Positions 12,191 to 23,216 of a stretch of 64,000 nucleotides of DNA are shown here, one piece after another. How positions within the stretch are numbered: the stretch's first letter is position 1; every line of letters starts with the position of its first letter. The position numbers were made by a program, and so were the translations under genes. The stretch spans positions 1-64,000 of the forward strand of contig QPGO01000065.1 in assembly GCA_008632985.1 (NCBI GenBank). Reading direction: 5' to 3'. The stretch is from Psammoneis japonica (lineage: Eukaryota). The notes beneath the pieces are model-generated. The model ran no database searches and was not told the DNA's origin. It saw only the letters and a program-made list of their open reading frames with translations.

Positions 12191-13113
12191 ATGACACCGA
12201 GAGCGGAGCAACTTGAAGCAGAACACAATGACGAGAACATTGAAATAGAAACAGCTCCGCTCGCAATGAACTCGAACCAAGAGCCCTTCAACGAAGCAAA
12301 CCCCGATCGCGCTGGTGCCGGTGGTGATGGTGAGCAGCCTCCGCCGCCTCGCGTGGAACCGCCGTTGTCGGAAAGATCGGCGGCCAACGTTGTTGAGATG
12401 ACAAGGCAGATGGTTGAATCCGTAACCACAGCCGTCACCACTACCGTCCGTTGTGTCCACGGGTAAGTGACTTGACTTGTTACTTTGCTGTTATTTTCTG
12501 TTGATGTCTCTGACCGTTCCATCCTTTTTGCGCTGCACAGATTTGCTCCTCAAGACATCACGGGGGCCATGCCACCCACCATTGCGGTGCCGACGGCCAA
12601 TCAACCAGCTGCGGCGGCTCAGCCTTTTGGCGCCGCCGCCAACCAGTCCAACAATTCTGGGCTGGCTTTTGGCGTGCCGAGTACGTCGACTGGATCTGGT
12701 GGGACTATGGCGGCCCCTCCTGCTGCGACTTATCAGCAGCCGTCTGCTCCTTTTGGTGGCGCTATGGCGGCCCCTCCTGCTGCGACTTATCAGCCCCCGG
12801 CTGCTCCTTTTGGTGGTGCTATGGCGGACCCTCCTGCGGCCAACCAGCCCCGGCTGCTTCTTCGGGCTCTGGGGTGGCAAATAATGCGCCACCGCCAGTT
12901 GACGAAAGCGTCGTCAACGCTACAAACGGCGGCTTCATGTCGTATGGTGCCGACGCTGGTGGGACGGTTGTCATACCTTCTGCTGGTACGGCTGGAGATG
13001 ACGACGCTGCAGACGATGCAGCAGTAGACAACGGCGAAGACGACGATGGCGAAGGCGACGACGTCGTCGACGACGGCAATGCGGATGCGGCTGGGGACCA
13101 CGACGCTCTCTGA
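12191..13113 (+). CDS. Low-complexity Ala/Pro-rich protein with acidic tail; intron 12463..12540; probable frameshift near 12850
   Basis: Intron gtaagt..gcacag joins RCVHG to FAPQD. About 60-bp coding repeats (MAAPPAATYQxPxAPFGG). The Asp-rich tail is in another frame. A rearranged second copy lies at about 54300..55077. Confidence 0.5.
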
Positions 13114-13399
13114 CTTTCTCAAAAACAGGAAGTGGTGAGACAATGCCATCAGAAACAGCATGATGGTGCAATGGCATTAGCAGCAGCAGCAACAAGAGTG
13201 CCAGATTATACCGCCACGCAATGACGAGGAATCAACCAAGACCACGGTATTGTTATTTTTGCACTGGCTACAATATCGTAGAATAAGAAAAAAATAGACC
13301 TAGAGGTTTTGTGAAATGATCATTATGCAGCTCACTTACAGTAGTTACGAATAAAGAGTGAAATGCGAAAGCTATCCACAAGTGCTCTACTCTTTAAAA

Positions 13400-15228
13400 T
13401 CAATACTCATCAAAATCAAACGTGAGGCCTTCGGCAAAGGACCCATGCAGAGCATGAGGTATAAATGTGGGGAGCTGAACCCGTACAACTGGGCCCTTTT
13501 CCAGAGATCCCTTCCCCTCAACATCCATAACAACGAAGTCTGTTGTAAGGTCTCGTCCATTTACTACATAAGTAACAAGATACCCCTTGTCTTCCTGGTT
13601 TGGATTGGTCACGTCTGCTCCCTTTTTCGGGCAAAATACAACTTCGCCGGGGAATTCGTATGGCGCAAACGAAAACGACTCGGACTTTTCTGGTTGTGCC
13701 GTATCGAGTTTGAGTATGGCACCGCCGGGAGCACCACCACGACCATTGGGTTTGGTTTCGTAAGGCTCATGGGCGCCGACAGTATACGTATATCGATGCT
13801 TCTTGCCTGACAATGCCATTGGAATTGACGGAAATTCATTGGAGCGAGCGGAAATCACGTCAAAGCGAGTTCCTGGCGTGATACTCTCCAGCTCGGGAGA
13901 CACCGAAATTCGCACGTACTTGTTGGGAACGAAATCGTCCCAGTCAACCTGGTCCCATACCGGAATGTCTTTGGAAAAGCCGGCTCCAAGCTATACCGCA
14001 AGAAAGCGCGACCCAATGAGTTTCCAGATGCAAAACAAGCTAATCATGATAAACACACGAAACATGCCCTACCTCTGCTTCTTCCGTCATTACGGAATCA
14101 AACACAACATTGCCGTCTTCGTCCTCAAAGGCATTGGCAAAGTGAAAGTTGAAATGATACGGAACCTTGATTACTTTGATTCGTTTGTCTTGTCCTGCAC
14201 GAATATCTGCAGCCGTTCCCTCTTCGAGCTGTGTAATGCGTGGTACCAAAAAGACAGTCGACTCGGTAGCTTGAGAATCAAAGTCCACAACCTCTGCAAA
14301 AGCCGCTTGCCCAACAAGGCCATAAGAGCCTTTTGTTGTTAATGCCTGCGGGAGGCATGCAAAAGACATGCCAGTTCTCAGTAAGGACGTAATCATGAAC
14401 AACGGCGGCGCCATCAAATACAAAGGATACTTCATCCGTTCGGATTGGTTTCATATCCTTGTCGAATTCAAACAAGTTGATCTTGCTTTCTCCCTTTGCA
14501 GGATCGAGGCTCGTACCGAAATTAACAATGTTACCAGAATGGGAATCATATCGGTAGTGTGCCGCAAACTTGTCTTGGTCCTTCAAGAGGCCATCTAGGT
14601 CATGTCCCTTTGGTTCCTTGTCTACGTCGTTTTCCAATGTCAATGGATCTAGAATATATGGCCATCCACCTTCCCAAAGGGCGTACAACTTTTCTCCGCA
14701 GTACAGCACGTGGGTGTTGGCCACATTCTTGAAGTCGGTTCGAAAGAGGTTTGCGAAGAAGCCTCCAGAGACTCGTGTACCAAAGATACCCGGTTGACTC
14801 ATTTTCCCGGTTTCTAAGTCAGTACGATATCCTTCTGTGCGCACAAATCTGTTCCGAAACAAGAGCTTCTTCTGACGAGGATCAAACGTCATGGCTGAAA
14901 CGAGGCCATCTCCATCAAACATGTGATGAGCACAAACCCCATCATCAGACTCAAACCGTCCATGGCCATTCCGATAATAAGTCCCTTCAGGAAAATCTTT
15001 GGGCAGATCCGGACAATCAATGACTGTTGCTGGTATCTCTTTGGGACACGTTGTGTACCCTCTCGCCCATGCTTTTTGGTCGTGGCCGGAGCGACTCAGT
15101 GCTGGTGAGGTGGAAGCTGCTGCTTGTCTACTCGTTGTGACTGCCATTCTTAGCGGATTGTGTTGTCCAACGGTCCAGCCACGAACGGGCTCTCGCAAGA
15201 TCGTGACAAGCACGAGAAGTGCCGCCAT
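13400..15228 (-). CDS. Carotenoid cleavage dioxygenase (RPE65/carotenoid oxygenase family), probably plastid-targeted; intron 14072..13991; 1-bp frameshift at about 14331
   Basis: Motifs GTYYRNGHG, HMFDGDG, FRNRFVRT, KNVANT, LYALWEGGWP, FAAHYR, VVHDY, FNFHFANAFED, EFPSI, FPGEVVFCPK, EDKGYL, IPHALHGSF; all four Fe-binding His are visible. A T4 run at 14331..14334 (T5 in the duplicate) breaks the frame, so this is either a pseudogene or a sequencing error. An alternative start is at 15261. Confidence 0.88.
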
Positions 15229-15873
15229 TGGGAACTTCTTCCTACCGAGTCGTCGTTGCATGATTGATGATTGGTGGCAACGAAATGAATATAACGCAGT
15301 TTTTCCGTTCTCTTTTCTATCAGGTACGAATACTGCAGTTTTCCACAACGAAGGAAACACGTTAGTTATGACGCTAAAGAGCGAGGTCAGATGATGCCGA
15401 TCAACACATGCAGCATGGTTCCGGCCGCTGGTGATGAGCGGCATCTTTCGTCATGTTTTGCAACGTCAGGACAAGTTGGAAATCAGAAATCCAATGGAAT
15501 CCGGAATCTAGCTCTAGATGTGTCTGCTTTGAAGTTCCGGATTCCGTAAGCAAGTTGAAAGTAGAGATGAATTCGTTGGTGCGACGCGCGTCCCACCATG
15601 GCGGTCAGGCATTCCTGCAGCACCGATATTCATCTTCAGGCAGCTCTCCATGGCTCATCCGAGAGCGCATTGTCTAACGATTCTAATGATGTGTCTTAAA
15701 TGCCAACAAGGCACGTCATGATATTTTTTTTTACCACAGCTTTGCAGCACCCGATGAAAACTTGTGTTTTCGAGTCGCTCACAGATACAAAATGCGTGGC
15801 GAAGGGTACGTGCCATTCTTTGTATTTGATACTCATGTTCTCATTTCTTGCTGCTCGCTGCTTCTCTTTGTTC

Positions 15874-18043
15874 AGTGCTAAATCGTCCAAGTACTTTGTA
15901 AAGTTCATTTCCAAGTCGGAAAGTACTTCAACTCCGATGCAGCCACAAGCCAGCACAGAAAGCGACAAGAATCCATCATCTTCGCCTCCTCCTCCAAAAC
16001 CATCATGGCGCATCAAGACACAGAAAGAATATCTCGATGGCCTCTCAGAAGAAGAAATCCGAAAGAAAGGCGGGCTGCGGAAGCTAGAGAAGCAACCCAC
16101 AAATCGATACTTCAAGAGGACGAAGCTGACAGATATTATTGTAATGATGCATGGAGGGTCGAATAGGACGGATGAAGAACAAGAGGCTGTGGGGTTGTTT
16201 GTTCACTTTCTCATGGGTAAGCTTCGGTTTTGGCCGTCTCTTTTTACTTGTAAACTCCTTTGCTCATTTTTCTTTTGTCGAATGTAGGCATTCTTGACCC
16301 AGATCCATGGAAGAGATGGACCGCTTTCCAAGCTTCACAGCATCCCTTCATAAGCGGGAGCAAGCTACACAGAAGAAAGCAAAGTACAAACTCTGACGGA
16401 GAAGAGAAGAATGATTTTGACATTTACTGTGTGCCGCCGTGGGATCCGTCTATCTGCCGCCGAAGGCTCCTACATGTGCAAAAAACGCGAGAGCGACAGC
16501 AGGCGATTAGGCAGAAGTATGGGCAGCCCGACGCGAAAAAAAATCAACGTCAGGAAATAATAGGTAAGCCTACAATGATATCGCGCAGCATGCTGCTATT
16601 TTGTCCATCCGTTAACTCTTGAACTTACCTGTGTTTTCGTCTTTCTAGTGCATCGCGAGTAACAGCCATGGCAGAGAGCATGTCTCTCGACACAAAGGCG
16701 CACTCAGCTCCTCAACATATTGCGAGCTCCGGAGCATCTGGTTCTCCCCCAAAGTCAATCGAACATGCGGCTGTCGCTGATCAGGTAACTCCTGCTACGC
16801 AACGCCATGCCGCCCATAATCAAGGTAGCTATCCGGTCGTGGTCAACGCTTCATCCAACGCAAGTAGTTTTGGGGCTGTCCAAGTTGGGGTGTATCAGAC
16901 TGATGGGAGTGGCGTTCCTGCCATGGCTAATGCGGCAAATGTCGCACGCTCTGCTTACGTTGCGGCGTCCAGTCTTTCTGATGTTTATCCTCATCATAGG
17001 GCCGTGGTTCACGGGGGAATGACGCCGATGGCATCCCCATCAATCCATAGCGTAAGCAGCGGAATCGGGGATACCAACGCGAGTCACCAGCGACCGGTCT
17101 ACCTTCCATCTGGTGCTCAGAGCTTCTCAGGTTTAACACCCGATGGAATACAGCACTTGCCAATTGAGTCGGAATTGGGTTACGCCTTGCAGCGTCCTGG
17201 AGTTGTTCCCGGTATGGGTGGTGACATGGCATCAACTCCGCTACCGGTAGTGTATCCACACATGGCTACGATGATTCCTGCCGGAGCTCTCTCACCTCAT
17301 CAAATTAACCCCCGCCAATGCGTTCCGGTAGCCTTTCGAATGCGCAGTCGAAGCCTTCTAGTCGAAGCAGACACACGTTCAATTCCATGAATAATCCAAC
17401 ATCTCCGGCGCATCGCGGTTCCCGCGCGCTATCATCAAGACCTGACATTCTTGAAGACGGTGCTGACTACGATGTTGCAAATGACGGTTCCATGCAGCCG
17501 CATGGAGTGACAGCAGCCGGCGCCACGAGTTTACCATCGCAGCAGCTGGCTGATCAGTCAGGTGTAAACCAACAGACGCAGGACCAACCGCCCCTTATGA
17601 TGGATCCCAATGTGCAACAGCAACAGATTTCGGCTTCTTTCCCGTATGGTGGATATGGAGTAAGCGCTGGGATGTGTGGTGCTGGAGGGTCGATGCCCCC
17701 TCAAATGAACGTTTACTACTATGTTGCACCCGACGTAAGTCATGTTATGGTCACTCCTCAACCAGTTGAAATGATGTCCGCATAGGCGCCAATAATGTAT
17801 GGTAGTCATGGTACAGGTGTGGCTCCTATGCAGTACGCCACCGCTGCAATGTCTGCCCCGATTCATCCGATGTCGCATGGAATCGTCCCGCAACAGCTTC
17901 CTCCACAATATTTTGAGGGAATGGGACTGCAACAACAGATGCAGCAGCAACAGCAGTGTGTACCTGGAGGCATCCCCTATTGGTCGGGGGAAATACAGCC
18001 AAGACCGCCCGCGCCGTCATCTAGCACAGGCAAGAGCATGTGA
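15874..18043 (+). pseudogene. C-terminal remnant of a DYRK/YAK1-like Ser/Thr kinase (subdomains X-XI plus low-complexity tail)
   Basis: AKSSKYF..., LFVHFLMG|ILDPDPWKRWTAFQASQHPFI across intron 16217..16287. A second intron lies at about 16564..16648. The tail is split over several frames with an in-frame TAG at 17783. No GxGxxG, HxDLKPEN or DFG motifs are visible upstream. Confidence 0.6.
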
Positions 18044-18795
18044 ACTGTGAACACCTCATTTTGAGATAGTCACGGTTCAAGTGATGATTAAATAATGCGA
18101 TGCGTGTTATTGTCTGAGGCGGCACGCGATTCTGTATGTCGGTGTCAACATGAAACTGGGCTGTTCCCAAATCCTCCCAATCTTTTGACGAAGGTTAAGG
18201 GTCAGGGAGAATCCCAGTCTATCGTTCTTAGAGAGATGATTCGTGTGACCCAATGCATGTCTGACGCATGATCCGGCACCGGTAGGCGCATTGGGACTTC
18301 ACGTGAGTCATCTGACGTGGTACAGTAGCTCCACAGACTCATTCAAAGTGAGTAGTTTCTCTTCCCTAGTAGTAGAGAGCAAGTAGCTCGAAATGATGAA
18401 CAAGAGCAATGCCTCATGTACGAAGTAGCGTAAGAAGTTAACAATGAACAAGAGCAATGCTCCATGTACGAAGTATGGTATGTTATCAAATAATGCTCTA
18501 GTAGCTGCAGTGATATTTATTGGTTCCTCCTCGAGCAGGAACTCTGGATTCATCGCCGGCAAAGGTCATAAGATTTCCCTCATCCATGTGGAACTTGCTC
18601 GAGTGACCAGGAGCATTTCCTGAAGAAAATAGGGGCTTCCCTGTCAACAATGCTTTTCTCCGAAGCAACTTCAATGAAGCGAAGGAAAGCGCTCGCAAAG
18701 TCACTGCGTTAGTCCTCATGCCACCAACAATTGTTATTTGAGATGCCATCAAAATTTGCATTGGAAAGGTAATCTCCTTGCATTGTGCCCTGCGG

Positions 18796-20330
18796 TCAAT
18801 AAAAGCGGGCAGAAAACTGGTCATCTTTGGAGCTGCCGAGCCAGTATTCCCTCTTCAGTGGGCTTCCAGCAAATTTTTGGTGACAGGGCGAGTAGTTCGA
18901 TGAATCTAGCAACTGACGAAATGTATTCTGTATTGCACAGTTTTGAATGAACTGATTAGGGCTCTTGCGCTTTTCTTCAAGTCGAGGTCGCTTGAGTGCA
19001 GGCTGGTAAGGCGGGTCATATTGCTCCAGCGACGGACTTCTTGATGCTGATGAAGCAGCTCGTGTTGGGTCAACGTGCCTCCCATCCCGTCCAAACCGCC
19101 AAACAGCTGCCACATTTCGCAATGCTTCCGACGCATCAGTTTCCTCAGGATACCAGTAGATTCCTTGACTGCTCTGTAACGAGTTAGCACCTCGTTCTGC
19201 GTAATAGATACAATTATCAGTTGGGTCTTTGTATGCAGCAGTCATCCAGAGTTGTCCGCGACTGTCCTCCATGCGTTCCAGACAAATACCCCCATCGTGA
19301 AGGTTTACACTTCATGTGGTCAAATCTACACCTGTGTCCATGCATGCATCCCTCTACGCTGTTGAAAAATAAACACCGTCTATCCCTGCCTGAAGACATC
19401 CAATCAACATCGTTGAGAGTAGGAAGCTCGTGTCTTTTTGTGGCGAGGATGAGCGGGGTCGAGACCACTGACTTCGGTCTCCAAATGATGACGAAGAATC
19501 GTACAGCTGCGACTCGGAGGTTCTCCTTCTCATTTGCGTTATTGATGCTTCCCATGCGTAGTAACCCTTCATGCCCGAGCTGACCGGAGAACGTCTCTTT
19601 GATACCTAAAAGACTCCAAAGAAGGCTTTCTCCCTCCCGATGCTGAAGGTGGCGATTGCCCGGCTTGGAATAGGGAGGAGTGTGTCTATCACAAGAGTCC
19701 GGTGGTGATGAGACTCCATCGAAGGAACGAGAATTCGTGGATTACAATGACACTCTAGGCCCATAGTAGTCTGGTGATGAGACCCCATTGAAGGAATGAG
19801 AATTCGCGGCCGACAATGACACTCCAGGCCCGTAGTAGTCCTGCAATTCCGAAGCCATCCTCCCTCTGTTTGATGATTTATTATGTGGAGTATCAGTGTC
19901 ATTCATGCAATTCCAAACCGTCACAACTCTTGCCAGTGCTTCCGTAGCATCTGCCTCGTTTGGATACCAAAACATATCTTGGTGACTACGGCGGGAACTC
20001 CCGCCACCCTCGGCATAGTAAATCGTTTTGTCCCCTGGGTTTTCATAACCTGCCGAAATCCTCGTCAGGCCTCTCGACATTTTCCTCCGCAATATGCTAA
20101 TTCGCCTCTGGTCCAAGCATGCTGGATTGCCGGAAATTGAGTTTCCTTCACGGTCTACAGCCAAGAAGAGGTCGGACGTATCGGTTATGACATTCATGTC
20201 TGCAAGAAGAGGGAGCTCGTCTGAGTGTGGCGATTGCGCTGGGCAATCAATGGCGTCGTGGCTGTGATTGGAAGCTGCCGGCGGACTCACTGATAAGTGA
20301 TCCTTCTCTCGAAACAATAACGTAAACAAT
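18796..20330 (-). pseudogene. Fragmented gene with a CCCH zinc finger and two copies of an unnamed ~55-aa domain
   Basis: CLFFNSVEGCMHGHRCRFDH fits C-x8-C-x5-C-x3-H. TAAYKDPTDNCIYYAERGA..QGIYWYPEETDASEALRNVAAVW is similar to SAGYENPGDKTIYYAEGGG..QDMFWYPNEADATEALARVVTVW. Multiple frameshifts; probably extends upstream to about 21.4 kb. Confidence 0.6.
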
Positions 20331-21749
20331 CAATCGTTGTCTGGCTGCGTAGTCTTGGGGCTTACGCGACGTTTTAATCAACCCGCCTTTTTTTGTCATG
20401 AGCTGCGGCTGCATTTAATAAGTCGAGAATAGAATCATCCACTACCCCCAAAGTCTCCTGCAATTCGAGAGCATCTTTTGACGAAAGAGCTTCACGAAGA
20501 TGTTGCTTCAATAGTTCAAGCAATTCTTGCAACTTCTGTTAGGGCCCTAGAGAGAGACTTGCTTCACGTGTGCTGCCAAATCGAGTTGAAGGCGCCAGCA
20601 TTGGGTCCTGAAAGGGATTGACTTTATGCGTTGCCACTTCCCAAAACTGGTGCTGAAGAGACTTGGTAAAAACTCGAACACCGGCATCATCAAATATGCG
20701 GTAAGCAAATGTCCCGGAAATGCTCTCTTTCTTAAAACCATGCACTATCCTGGAGCGGAGTCGAAGCAAACTGATCAAGTCGCTCATTTGTTCACACCTT
20801 CAAAAGATAGTGCCGTTCCATTGGCATCAAATGATTCTTATCTTGTCGCTACTACTTCCTTCCGATCCACGATACGAGATTTACCACCAACTCGTAGATA
20901 GACCTCGTTGTGAGGCACAATAATCTACATGCCTCCTTCGATTACCTTGGTTGTCCTAAAGTGGTCGTTGTTATGAAGGTAATGGTGATTGTACTCTCGC
21001 AGTTTTGTCAGTAATGCCAGAGCCCCCGTCTCCCATTTATCAACTTGCCACGCAATACTGTGTACGCAGTAGATCCCCCTAACAACAACACTTTTGCGGC
21101 TGTTTCTATAATGCATAGAGGGTGACACTGCAGAGGGTCAGACGAGCATCGTATCGCATTATCCAAACGAGTGCCAAGCATGCAGCAACAATTCCACGGC
21201 GTCCATTTTCCCTTCAAATTGCAGTGGTGAACAACGAGCTACGATAGAAGGCAGGCATGGCATGTACCGTACACAAGAGCACAGGCTATTGATCTTCCAA
21301 CTTCCAATTTGCTCAACGTGTTTCCTGCTTGTTTGCGTGGTATTCTTTTCGTCATTGCGTTACATTCGTCTTGATTGCGCTTCATCGTTTCGTCCCCTGA
21401 TGTCATCAAAGAAACATTCCTTTTCGTTTTCGTATCGTCATGTACAAGTGCTGGCATCGGACATCATCATTGCTGGATTTCATTCTTCATTCTTCTTCGA
21501 TTGCCGATCTGGCTGGAGATCCGGAACCAGGTAACCGCCGGGTTCGGGATCTGACGTCACACTTCTCCAGTCAGGTTTCAAATTTGAAAGTTGCTACCGA
21601 AGGTCGTACCGTAGAATTCTACGAAGATAAAAGTGATGATATACAGATTGAAGAAATTATATTATCATGAACAACGATTTTGGCGATTGACACAAAACTG
21701 AGCACGACAAACAGAAAAACGAAGACGACTTGTAGTCGTACGGCAGACA

Positions 21750-23216
21750 ATGGCCAAGGATTCCAAGCCACAGAGCAAGCCACGGAGAAAGAAGAAGACT
21801 AAAAAGGAGAGAGAAACGGCTGCGGAGATTGCCCGGGTAAAGAAGAATGCGACGCAAACGCGATACAGAGAGAGAGTGAAGGAAAAAAAAGAGGCGGCGG
21901 CCATGGCTGCTGCGCACGCCGCTATCTACGGACACTCTCAACGCCCTGCTGGTGGCGGGCGGCCGCCGGCTTTTCCAGTCTCTGCTCCTCGACCGGCAAT
22001 CGCCGCTGTCCATGGACACTCTCAACGCCCTGCTGGTGACGGGCGGCCTCCGGCTTTTCCAGTCTCTGCTCCTCAGCCGGCAATCGCCGTTCATGACGGA
22101 TATTATCCACTCCCCGCTGGTGGTGGGTGGCCTCCCGCTTCGCAGTTCCACGCTCCTCACAATCATTATGGATTTTCTCCACTCCCCGCTGGTGGTGGGT
22201 GGCCTCCCGCTTCGCAGTTCCACGCTCCTCACAATCATTACGGATATTCTCCACTCCCCGCTGGTGGTTGGTGGCCTCCCGCTTCGCAGTTCTATGAACC
22301 TCGACTGCCTTTGAACAATCAATCAGCGCGGCCTGGTACTGTGGGAAACAACGTGGCGACAATTGTTGAGAGCGCGACTACCGAGACGCCTCCGGTTCTA
22401 CCGTCACATTCGGCGGCGACTGTTGAGAGCAAGACAACCAAGAAGGTTCAAGAGTCATCCGAGAGGGAGCAGCTTGTCGAAAAGACCAAGACAGTAGATG
22501 TGGCCAATGACCGTGAGAAAGCTGTGCACTCGAAGCTCTTTGACGAGAGTGAAACGTTGCAGTTTGGGGAAAAAACAGGACTATTAAAAACGCTTGCTGA
22601 AGTAAAAGGGTTGACTGTCTTAGTGCATGGCTTGTTGGAATTCAAGGCTGACCGTTCCATTTATCTTGTGGGAACTCACTTGGAGTTGATAGGAGCAGAC
22701 ATTCGATTGCCCGCAGTGGATTTGATTTGGGTTCGAAAACCGCATCGTCTTGATAATTGTCTCACGGAGATTGTCGATTCGGACGTTCAGAATGAAAATC
22801 ACCCGTTTGCAACTATGGGTATGGAATGGTACGATGTCAAGACAACCTTGGAGGAGTACCAAGGACGAATCAAAATTTTGCGTGCGTTGGAGAAATTGGA
22901 AGAGTTGCCGGTAAACTGCGACGAGAAATGGAGACGCAGCAACAGCAATTTGATGCTCGCACCTAGCGTAAATGCAGCTCGAATTGTAAGAGTTGTTCGT
23001 GTTATTGACACGCACGGCATTTTTGTCGACAGCAAGAAACTTCTGGAATCCCTTCATAATGGTGTAAATCGACAACTGTATCCAGTGTTTGGTGTCTTTT
23101 TGAACGGTGTCTATCATCGTCATCGCGGCGAGCTCCCTGTTGCAAGCCACACGAGCACGTCCAAGAACCAAAATGCTGTGCGACCTGAGGGGAAAGATGG
23201 CGATAATGGCTCATAA
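21750..23216 (+). CDS. Hypothetical 488-aa protein: basic N-terminus, internal 84-bp and 72-bp coding repeats, globular-looking C-terminal half
   Basis: Uninterrupted ORF in normal-composition DNA. KPRRKKKTKK basic patch. Repeats GHSQRPAGxGRPPAFPVSAP x2 and PLPAGGGWPPASQFHAPHNHYG x3 (22107, 22179, 22251). Confidence 0.6.
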   Translation: MAKDSKPQSKPRRKKKTKKERETAAEIARVKKNATQTRYRERVKEKKEAAAMAAAHAAIYGHSQRPAGGGRPPAFPVSAPRPAIAAVHGHSQRPAGDGRPPAFPVSAPQPAIAVHDGYYPLPAGGGWPPASQFHAPHNHYGFSPLPAGGGWPPASQFHAPHNHYGYSPLPAGGWWPPASQFYEPRLPLNNQSARPGTVGNNVATIVESATTETPPVLPSHSAATVESKTTKKVQESSEREQLVEKTKTVDVANDREKAVHSKLFDESETLQFGEKTGLLKTLAEVKGLTVLVHGLLEFKADRSIYLVGTHLELIGADIRLPAVDLIWVRKPHRLDNCLTEIVDSDVQNENHPFATMGMEWYDVKTTLEEYQGRIKILRALEKLEELPVNCDEKWRRSNSNLMLAPSVNAARIVRVVRVIDTHGIFVDSKKLLESLHNGVNRQLYPVFGVFLNGVYHRHRGELPVASHTSTSKNQNAVRPEGKDGDNGS

